A DNA stretch of 64,000 nucleotides from Raillietiella orientalis (Eukaryota): contig JAYWIR010000090.1 of the NCBI GenBank assembly GCA_036172245.1, forward strand, positions 186,001 to 250,000. The letters run 5' to 3'. Below are positions 1 to 10,500 of this stretch, one piece after another (the stretch's first letter is position 1; every line of letters starts with the position of its first letter). Made by a program: the position numbers and the translations under genes. The notes beneath the pieces were generated by a model that was not told where the DNA came from, searched no databases, and worked only from the letters and a program-made list of their open reading frames with translations.

Positions 1-2
1 TC

Positions 3-280
3 ATGGTAAACAGTGTCGTACCTAGAAGAGGAATCTTTTCTTCCGCTCTTATTCATGATGTGGTAGAAATTTGCAACTTTTCAGGTTTTCTAATCAATTC
101 GAAATCAGAAGATTTCACCATTCCAGGTTTGCTCCTCTTCACGAAGCATCTGTTTGCAGTGAGTGGCAAATTCGCGTCATGGAGAGGCTCGAGGCCTTCC
201 AATTTCCTGATTTCAGAGAATGATTACGAAAAGTCCGAAATTTCATTAGGCCGTGGCACTTTGTACTCTGTGTGGTTTTC
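3..280 (+). repeat. Representative 278 bp monomer (variant A; phase set arbitrarily at the ATG of CATGGTAA)
   Basis: The next copy starts at 281. Four near-identical A monomers lie in tandem at 3-1114 and again at 16674-17785 (markers ttccgctcttatt and gaagatttcaccattccagg). Confidence 0.97.
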
Positions 281-288
281 ATGGTAAC
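275..288. other. Imperfect 14 bp dyad GTTTTCATGGTAAC at the monomer junction, RFX X-box-like; present in most monomers; function unproven
   Basis: 5 of 7 positions pair about the central AT. It resembles the RFX site GTTGCCATGGCAAC and has an intact RGYAAC half-site. Confidence 0.35.
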
Positions 289-2565
289 CAGTGTCGTACC
301 TAGAAGAGGAATATTTTCTTCCTCTCTTATTCATGATGTGGTAGAAATTTGCAACTTTTCAGGTTTTCTAATCAATTCGAAATCAGAAGATTTCACCATT
401 CCAGGTTTTCTCCTCTTCACGAAGCATCTGTTTGCAGTGAGTGGCAAATTCGCGTCATGGAGAGGCTCGAGGCCTTCCAATTTCCTGATTTTAGAGGATG
501 ATTACGAAAAGTCCGAAATTTCATTAGGGCGTGTCAGTTTGGATTCTGTGTTGTTTTCATGGTAAACAGTGTCGTACCTAGAAGATGAATATTTTCTTCC
601 GCTCTTATTCATGATGTGGTAGAAATTTGCAACTTTTCAGGTTTTCTAATCAATTCGAAATCACAAGATTTCACCATTCCAGGTTTGCTCCTCTTCACGA
701 AGCATCTGTTTGCAGTGAGTGGCAAATTCGCGTCATGGAGAGGCTCGAGGCCTTCCAATTTCCTGATTTCAGAGGATGATTACGAAAAGTCCGGAATTTC
801 ATTAGGGCGTGTCACTTTGGATTCTGTGTTGTTTTCATGGTAAACAGTGTCGTACCTAGAAGAGGAATCTTTTCTTCCGCTCTTATTCATGATGTGGTAG
901 AAATTTGCAACTTTTCAGGTTTTCTAATCAATTCGAAATCAGAAGATTTCACCATTCCAGGTTTGCTCCTCTTCACGAAGCATCTGTTTGCAGTGAGTGG
1001 CAAATTCGCGTCATGGAGAGGCTCGAGGCCTTCCAAATTCCTGATTTCAGAGGATGATTACGAAAAGTCCGAAATTTCATTAGGCCGTGGCACTTTGTAC
1101 TCTGTGTTGTTTTCATGGTAACCAGTGTCGTGCCTAGAAGAGGAATCTTTTTGTTCGCTCTGATTCATGATGTGGTAGAAATTTGCAACTTTTCAAGTTT
1201 TGTAATCAATTCGAAATCAGGAGATTTAAGCATTGCACTTTTGCGCTTCTTCACGAAGCATCTATTTGAAGTAAGTTGCAAATTCCCGTCATGGAGAGGC
1301 TCAAGACCTTCGTATTTCTTGATTTCAGAGGATGATAAAGAAGAGTTCGAAATTTCATTAGACCGTGGGACTTTGTACTCTGTTTTGTTTTCATGGTAAC
1401 CAGTGTCGTACCTAGGAGAGGAAACCTTTTCTTCGCTCTGATTCATGATGTGGTAGAAATTTGCAGCCTTTCAGGCTTTGTAATCAATTCGAAATCAGGA
1501 GATTTAACCATTGCAATTTTGCGCTTCTTCACGAAGCATCCATTTGCAGTGAGTGGCAAATGCCATTCATGTAAATCCTCTAGGCCTTCCAATTTCCTGA
1601 TTTCAGAGGATGATTATGAAGATTTCGGAATTTCATTAGGGCGTGGTACTTTGGATTCTGTGTTGTTTTCATGGTAACCAGTGTCGTGCCTAGAAGAGGA
1701 ATCTTTTTGTTCGCTCTGATTCATGATGTGGTAGAAATTTGCAACTTTTCAAGTTTTGTAATCAATTCGAAATCAGGAGATTTAAGCATTGTACTTTTGC
1801 GCTTCTTCACGAAGCATCTATCTGCAGTAAGTGGCAAATTCCCGTCATGGAGTGGCTCAAGGCCTTCCAATTTTCTGATTTCAGAGGATGATTACGAAGA
1901 GTCGGAAATTTCATTAGGCCCTGGTACTTTGTACTCTGTGTTGTTTTCATGCTAACCAGTGTCGTACCTAGAAGAGGAATCTTTTTGTTCGCTCTGATTC
2001 ATGATGTGGTAGAAACTTGCAGCCTTTCAGGCTTTGTAGTCAATTCGAAATCAGGATATTTAACCATTGCAATTTTGCGCTTCTTCACGAAGCATCCATT
2101 TGCAGTGAGTGGCAAATGCCAGTCATGCAAATCCTCTAGGCCTTCCAATTTCCTGATTTCAGAGGATGATTATGAAGATTTCGGAATTTCATTAGGGCGT
2201 GGTACTTTGGATTCTGTGCTTTTCATGGTAACCAGTGTCGTACCTAGAGCAGGAATCTTGCCCTTCCCTCTGATTCATTATGTGGTAGAAATTTGCAACT
2301 TTTCAATTTTTCTAATCAATTCGAAATCAGAAGATTTCACCATTCCAGGTTTGCTCCTCTTCACGAAGCATCTGTTTGCAGTGAGTGGCAAATTCGCGTC
2401 ATGGAGAGGCTCGAGGCCTTCCAATTTCCTGATTTCAGAGGATGATTACGAAAAGTCCGAAATTTCATTAGGCCGTGGCACTTTGTACTCTGTGTTGTTT
2501 TCATGGTAACCAGTGTCGTGCCTAGAAGAGGAATCTTTTTGTTCGCTCTGATTCATGATGTGGTA

Positions 2566-2744
2566 GAAATTTGCAACTTTTCAAGTTTTGTAATCAATTC
2601 GAAATCAGGAGATTTAACCATTGCACTTTTGCGCTTCTTCACGAAGCAACTATCTGCAGTAAGTGGCAAATTCCCGTCACGGAGTGGCTCAAGACCTTCC
2701 AATTTCCTGATTTCAGAGGATGATTACGAAGAGTCCGAAATTTC
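2566..2744. repeat. Degenerate internal inverted repeat (fold-back) within the monomer; example copy
   Basis: Nested complementary blocks: 2566-2582 with 2728-2744; gtaatca 2590-2596 with tgattac 2721-2727; gaaatcaggagatt 2601-2614 with aatttcctgatttc 2701-2714 (13/14); 2629-2646 with 2675-2692; central at(c/t)tgc 2652-2657 with gcaaat 2666-2671. Confidence 0.8.
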
Positions 2745-4169
2745 ATTAGGCCGTGGCACTTTGTACTCTGTGTTGTTTTTATGGTAACCAGTGTCGTACC
2801 TAGAAGAGGAATCTTGTTGTTCGCTCTGATGCATGATGTGGTAGAAATTTGCAGCCTTTCAGGCTTTGTATTCAATTCGAAATCAGGAGATTTAACCATT
2901 GCAATTTTGCGCTTCTTCACGAAGCATCCATTTGCAGTTAGTGGCAAATGCCAGATATGGAAATCCTCAAGGCCTTCCAATTTCCTGATTTCAGAGGATG
3001 ATTATGAAGAGTTCGAAATTTCATTAGGGCGTGGCACTTTGGATTCTGTGTTGTTTTCATGGTAACCAGTGTCGTACCTAGAAGAGGAATCTTGTCCTTC
3101 CCTCTGATTCATTATGTGGTAGAAAGTTTCAACTTTTCAAGTTTTCTAAACAATTCGAAATCAGGGGATTTAAGCATTGCACTTTTACGCTTCTTCACGA
3201 AGCATCTATTTGCAGTAATTGCCAAATTCCCGTCATGGAAGGACTCAAGAGCTTCCTATTTTTGATTTCAGAGGATGATTAATTAGAGTTCGAAATTTTA
3301 ATAGGCCGTGGCACTTTGTACTCTGTTTTGTTTTCATGGTAACCAGTTTCGTACCTAGAAAAGGAATCTATTTCTTCGCTTTGATTCATGATGTGGTAGA
3401 AATTTGCAGCCTTTCAGGCTTTGTAATCAATTGGAAATCAAAGGATTTTGCTATTGCACTTTTGCGCCTCTTCACTAAACATCCATTTCCAGTGAGTGGC
3501 AAATGCCCCACATGGATATCCTCAATTCCTTCCAATTTCCTGGTTTCAGAAAATGATGAAGAAAGGTCCGAAATTTAATTACGCAGTGGCAGTTTGGAAT
3601 CTGTATTGCTTTCATGGTAACCAGTGTCGTGCCTAGAAGAGGAATGTTTTCCTTCTCTGTGATTAATGATGTGGTAGAAATTTGCAACCTTTCAGTCTTT
3701 GTAATCAATTGGAAATCAGGGGATTCTACTATTGCACTTTTGCGCCTCTTTACTAAACATCCACTTACAGTGAGTGGCAAATGGCCGTTATGGAAAGCCT
3801 CAATGCCTTCCAATTTCCTGATTTCAGAGGATCATCATGAAGAGTTCGAAATTTCATTAGGGCGTGTCACTTTGGATTCTGTGTTGTTTTCATGGTAAAC
3901 AGTGTCGTACCTAGAAGAGGAATCTTTTCTTCCGCTCTTATTCATGATGTGGTAGAAATTTGCAACTTTTCAGGTTTTCTAATCAATTCGAAATCAGAAG
4001 ATTTCACCATTCCAGGTTTGCTCCTCTTCACGAAGCATCTGTTTGCAGTGAGTGGCAAATTCGCGTCATGGAGAGGCTCGAGGCCTTCCAATTTCCTGAT
4101 TTCAGAGGACGATTACGAAAAGTCCGAAATTTCATTAGGCCGTGGCACTTTGTACTCTGTGTGGTTTTC

Positions 4170-7100
4170 ATGGTAACCAGTGTCGTACCTAGAAGAGGAA
4201 TCTTTTCTTCCCCTCTTATTCATGATGTGGTAGAAATTTGCAACTTTTCAGGTTTTCTAATCAATTCGAAATCAGAAGATTTCACCATTCCAGGTTTGCT
4301 CCTCTTCACGAAGCATCTGTTTGCAGTGAGTGGCAAATTCGCGTCATGGAGAGGCTCGAGGCCTTCCAATTTCCTGATTTCAGAGGATGATTACGAAAAG
4401 TCCGAAATTTCATTAGGGCGTGGCACTTTGGACTCTGTGTTGTTTTCATGGTAACCAGTGTCGTACCTAGAAGAGGAATCTTCTTGTTCGCTCTGTTTCA
4501 TGATGTGGTAGAAATTTGCAGCCTTTCAGGCTTTGTAATCAATTCGAAATCAGGGGATTTAAGCATTGCAATTTTGCGCTTCTTCACGAAGCATCTATTT
4601 GCAGTAAGTGGCAAATTCCCGTCATGGAGAGACTCAAGACCTTCGTATTTCTTGATTTCAGAGGATAATAAAGAAGAGTTCGAAATTTCATTAGACCGTG
4701 GGACTTTGTACTCTGTTTTGTTTTCATGGTAACCAGTGTCGTACCTAGTAGAGGAAACCTTTTCTTCGCTCTGATTCATGATGTGGTAGAAATTTGCAGC
4801 CTTTCAGGCTTTCTAATCAATTCGAAATCAGGTGATGTCACTATTGCAGTTTTACGCCTCTTCACGAAGCATCTATTTGAAGTGAGTGGCAAATTCCCGT
4901 CATGCAGTGCCTCAACGCCTTGCAATTTGCTGATTTCAGAGAATGATTATGAAGAGTTGGAAATTTCATTCGGCCGTGGCACTTTGTACTCCCTGTTGTT
5001 CGCCCGGCATCCAGAGTCGTTTCTAGAAGACGAATCTTTTCCTTCCATCTGATTCATGTTGTCGTAGAAATTTGGAACCTTTCAAGCTTTGTAATCAATT
5101 CGAAATCAGGAGATTTAAGGATTGCACTTTTGCGTTTCTTCACGAAGCATCTATTTGCAGTGATTGACAAATTCCCGTCATGGAGAGGCTGAAGACCTTC
5201 CTATTTCTTGATGTCAGAGGATGATTAAGAAGTGTTCGAAACTTCATTAGGCCGTGGCACATTGTACTCTGTGTGGTTTTCATGGTAACCAGTGTCGTAC
5301 CTAGAAGAGGAATCTTTTCTTCCGCTCTTATTCATGATGTGGTAGAAATTTGCAACTTTTCAGGTTTTCTAATCAATTCGAAATCAGAAGATTTCACCAT
5401 TCCAGGTTTGCTCCTCTTCACGAAGCATCTGTTTGCAGTGAGTGGCAAATTCGCGTCATGGAGAGGCTCAAGGCCTTCCAATTTCCTGATTTCAGGGGAT
5501 GATTACGAAAAGTCCGAAATTTCATTAGGCCGTGGCACTTTGTACTCTGTGTTGTTTTCATGGTAACCAGTGTCGTGCCTAGAAGAGGAATCTTTTTGTT
5601 CGCTCTTATTCATGATGTGGTAGAAATTTGCAACTTTTCAAGTTTTGTAATCAATTCGAAATCAGGAGATTTAAGCATTGCACTTTTGCGCTTCTTCACG
5701 AAGCATCTATTTGCAGTAAGTGGCAAATTCCCGTCATGGAGAGGCTCAAGACCTTGTATTTCTTGATTTCAGAGGATGATAAAGAAGAGTTCGAAATTTC
5801 ATTAGACCGTGGGACTTTGTACTCTGTTTTGTTTTCATGGTAACCAGTGTCGTACCTAGGAGAGGAAACCTTTTCTTCGCTCTGATTCATGATGTGGTAG
5901 AAATTTGCAGCCTTTCAGGCTTTGTAATCAATTCGAAATCAGGTGATGTCACTATTGAAGTTTTACGCCTCTTTACGAAGCATCTATTTGAAGTGAGTGG
6001 CAAATTCCCTTCATGCAGTGCCTCAACGCCTTCCAATTTGCTGATTTCAGAGAATGATTATGAAGAGTTGGAAATTTCATTAGGCCGTGGCACTTTGTAC
6101 TCTCTGTTGTTCGCCCGGCATCCAGAGTCGTTTCTAGAAGACGAATCTTTTCCTTCCATCTGATTCATGTTGTCGTAGAAATTTGGAACCTTTCAAGCTT
6201 TGTAATCAATTCGAAATCAGGAGATTTAAGGATTGCACTTTTGCGTTTCTTCACGAAGCATCTATTTGCAGTGATTGGCAAATTCCCGTCATGGAGAGGC
6301 TGAAGACCTTCCTATTTCTTGATGTCAGAGGATGATTAAGAAGTGTTCGAAACTTCATTAGGCCGTGGCACATTGTACTCTGTGTGGTTTTCATGGTAAC
6401 CAGTGTCGTACCTAGAAGAGGAATCTTTTCTTCCGCTCTTATTCATGATGTGGTAGAAATTTGCAACTTTTCAGGTTTTCTAATCAATTCGAAATCAGAA
6501 GATTTCACCTTTCCAGGTTTGCTCCTCTTCACGAAGCATCTGTTTGCAGTGAGTGGCAAATTCGCGTCATGGAGTGGCTCGAGGCCTTCCAATTTCCTGA
6601 TTTCAGGGGATGATTACGAAAAGTCCGAAATTTCATGAGGCCGTGGCACTTTGTACTCTGTGTTGTTTTCATGGTAACCAGTGTCGTGCCTAGAAGAGGA
6701 ATCTTTTTGTTCGCTCTTATTCATGATGTGGTAGAAATTTGCAACTTTTCAAGTTTTGTAATCAATTCGAAATCAGGAGATTTAAGCATTGCACTTTTGC
6801 GCTTCTTCACGAAGCATCTATTTGCAGTAAGTGGCAAATTCCCGTCATGGAGAGGCTCAAGACCTTGTATTTCTTGATTTCAGAGGATGATAAAGAAGAG
6901 TTCGAAATTTCATTAGACCGTGGGACTTTGTACTCTGTTTTGTTTTCATGGTAACCAGTGTCGTACCTAGGAGAGGAAACCTTTTCTTCGCTCTGATTCA
7001 TGATGTGGTAGAAATTTGCAGCCTTTCAGGCTTTGTAATCAATTCGAAATCAGGTGATGTCACTATTGAAGTTTTACGCCTCTTCACGAAGCATCTATTT

Positions 7101-7503
7101 GAAGTGAGTGGCAAATTCCCGTCATGCAGTGCTTCAACGCCTTCCAATTTGCTGATTTCAGAGAATGATTATGAAGAGTTGGAAATTTCATTAGGCCGTG
7201 GCACTTTGTACTCTCTGTTGTTCGCCCGGCATCCAGAGTCGTTTCTAGAAGACGAATCTTTTCCTTCCATCTGATTCATGTTGTCGTAGAAATTTGGAAC
7301 CTTTCAACCTTTGTAATCAATTCGAAATCAGGAGATTTAAGGATTGCACTTTTGCGTTTCTTCACAAAGCATCTATTTGCAGTGATTGGCAAATTCCCGT
7401 CATAAAGAGGCTGAAGACCTTCCTCTTTCTTGATTTCAGAGGATGATTAAGAAGAGTTCGAAATTTCATTAGGCCGTGTCACTTTGGATTCTGTTTTGTT
7501 TTC
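4170..7503 (+). repeat. 4-monomer higher-order repeat (A-B-C-I), three tandem copies, ~1111 bp period
   Basis: Variant C (cctagg/agtagaggaaacc ... ggtgatgtcact, followed by cgcccggcatccagag) starts at 4726, 5837 and 6948, i.e. spacings of 1111 and 1111. Confidence 0.9.
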
Positions 7504-10500
7504 ATGGTAAACAGTGTCGTATTTAGAAGAGGAACCTTTCCATCGCTCTGATTCATTATGTCGTAGAAATTTGCAACTTTTCAAGTTTTGTAATCAATTC
7601 GAAATCAGGTGATTTCACCATTGCAGTTTTGCGCCTGTTCACGAAGCATTTATTTGCAGTAAGTGGCAAATTCCCGTCATGGAGAGGCTAAAGACCTTCC
7701 TATTTTTTGATTTCAGATAATGATTAAAAAGAGTTCGAAACTTCATTAGGCCGTGGCACTTTGTACTCTGTGTTGTTTTCATGGTAACCAGTGTCGTACC
7801 TAGAAGAGGAATCTTTTTCTTCGCTCTGATTCATGATGTGATAGAAATTTGCAACCTTTCAGGCTTTGTAATCAACTCGAAATCAGGGCATTTAAACATT
7901 GCACTTTTGCGCTGCTTCACGTGACATCTATTAGCAGTGAGTGGCAAATTCCCGTCATGGAGAGCCTCAGCGCCTTCCAATTTCCTGATTTCAGAGAATG
8001 ATTATGAAGATTTGGAAATTTAATTAGGCCGCGGCACTTTGTACTCTGTGGTCTTTTCGCGGCAACCAGTGTCGTACCTAGAAGGGGAATCCTTTCCGTT
8101 GCTCTGATTCATTATGTGGTAGAAATTTGCAACTTTTCAAGTTTTGTAATCAATTCGAAATCAGGTGATTTAAGCATTGCACTTTTGCGCTTCTTCACGA
8201 AGCATCTATTTGCAGTAAGTGGCAAATTCCCGTCATGGATAGGCTCAAGACCTTCCTATTTCTTGATTTCAGAGGATGATTAAGAAAGGTCCGAAATTCA
8301 ATTACCGAGTGGCAGTTTGGAATCTGTATTGCTTTCATGGTAACCAGTGTCGTGCCTAGAAGAGGAATGTTTTCCTTCGCTGTGATGCATGATGTGGTAG
8401 AAATTTGCAACCTTTCAGGCTTTGTAATCAATTGGAAATCAGGGGATTCTACCATTGCACTTTTGCGCCTCTTCACTAAACATCCACTTACAGTGAGTGC
8501 CAAATGGCCGTTATGGAAAGTCTCAATGCCTTCCAATTTCCTGATTTCAGAGGATGATCATGAACGGTTCGAAATTTCATTAGGGCGTGTCACTTTGGAT
8601 TCTGTGTTGTTTTAATGGTAACCAGTGTCGTACCTAGAAGAGGAATCTTTTCCTTTGCTCTGATTCATTATGTGGTAGAAGTTTGGAACTTTTCAGGGTT
8701 TGAAACCAATTGGAAATGATGTGATTTTACTATTGCAGTTTTGCGCCTTGTCAGTAAGCATACATTTGCAGTGAGTGGCAAATTCCCGTCATGGAGTGGC
8801 TCACGGCTTTCCAATTTCCTGATTTTGAGAGGATGACTAAGAAGGGTTCGAAATTAGGTTAGGGCGTGGCACTTTGGTCTCTGTGTTGTTTACGCGGCAA
8901 CCAGTGTCGTACCTAGAAGACGAATCTCTTCCTTCCATCTGATTCATGATGTGGTAGAAATTTGCAACCTTTCAAGCGTTGTAATCAATTGGAAATCAAA
9001 GGATTTTGCTATTGCACTTTTGCGCCTCTTCACTATACATCCATTTCCAGTGAGTGGCAAATGCACCTCATGGAAAGCCTCAATACCTTCCAATTTCCTG
9101 ATTTCAGAAAATGATTAAGAAAGGTCCGAAATTTAATTACGCAGTGGCAGTTTGGAATCTGTATTGCTTTCATGGTAACCAGTGTCGTGCCTAGAAGAGG
9201 AATGTTTTCCTTCGCTGTGATTCATGATGTGGTAGAAATTTGCAACCATTCAGGCTTTGTAATCAATTGGAAATCAAAGGATTTTGCTATTGCACTTTTG
9301 CGCCTCTTCACTAGACATCTATTTCCAGTGAGTGGCAAATGCCCCTCATGGAAAGCCTCAATTCCTTCCAATTTCCTGATTTCAGAAAATGATGAAGAAA
9401 GGTCCGAAATTTAATTACGGAGTGGCAGTTTGGAATCTGTATTGTTTTCATGGTAACCAGTGTCGTGCCTAGAAAAGGAATGTTTTTCTTCGCTGTGATT
9501 CATGATGTGGTAGAAACTTGCATACTTTCAGGCTTTGTAATCAATTGGAAATCAGGGGATTTCACCATTCCAGGTTTGCTCCTCTTCACGAAGCATCTAT
9601 TTGCAGTAAGTGGCAAATTCTCGTCATGGAGAGGCTCAAGACCTTGTATTTCTTGAGTTCAGAGGATGATAAAGAAGAGTTCGAAATTTCATTAGACCGT
9701 GGGACTTTGTACACTGTTTTGTTTTCATGGTAACCAGTGTCGTACCTAGGAGAGGAAACCTTTTCTTCGCTCTGATTCATGATGTGGTAGAAATTTGCAG
9801 CCTTTCAGGCTTTGTAATCAATTCGAAATCAGGAGATGTCACTTTTGAAGTTTTATGCCTCTTCACGAAGCATCTATTTGAAGTGAGTGGCAAATTCCCG
9901 TCATGCAGTGCCTCAACGCCTTCCAATTTGCTGATTTCAGAGAATGATTATGAAGAGTTGGAAATTTCATTAGGCCGTGGCACTTTGTACTCTCTGTTGT
10001 TCGCCCGGCATCCAGAGTCGTTTCTAGAAGACGAATCTTTTCCTTCCATCTGATTCATGTTGTCGTAGAAATTTGGAACCTTTCAAGCTTTGTAATCAAT
10101 TCGAAATCAGGAGATTTAAGGATTGCACTTTTGCGTTTCTTCACAAAGCATCTATTTGCAGTGATTGGCAAATTCCCGTCATAAAGAGGCTGAAGACCTT
10201 CCTCTTTCTTGATTTCAGAGGATGATTAAGAAGAGTTCGAAATTTCATTAGGCCGTGTCACTTTGGATTCTGTTTTGTTTTCATGGTAAACAGTGTCGTA
10301 TTTAGAAGAGGAACCTTTCCATCGCTCTGATTCATTATGTCGTAGAAATTTGCAACATATCAAGTTTTGTAATCAATTCGAAATCAGGTGATTTCACCAT
10401 TGCAGTTGTGCGCCTGTTCACGAAGCATTTATTTGCAGTAAGTGGCAAATTCCCGTCATGGAGAGGCTAAAGACCTTCCTATTTTTTGATTTCAGATAAT

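Noticed and set aside
1..280. CENP-B box (TTCG and CCCG words are present)
   Set aside because: I could not find TTCGnnnnAnnCGGG or its reverse complement with correct spacing in the monomers inspected.
1..280. Tandem 5S rRNA, tRNA, snRNA or spliced-leader gene repeat
   Set aside because: I recognised no such RNA sequence and no clear conserved-gene versus variable-spacer partition. An Rfam/Infernal search would be decisive.
1949..2509. Longest ORF (186 aa)
   Set aside because: It is created by a 2 bp deletion near 2219 fusing two monomer frames. The paralog at 18620 stops after 126 aa.
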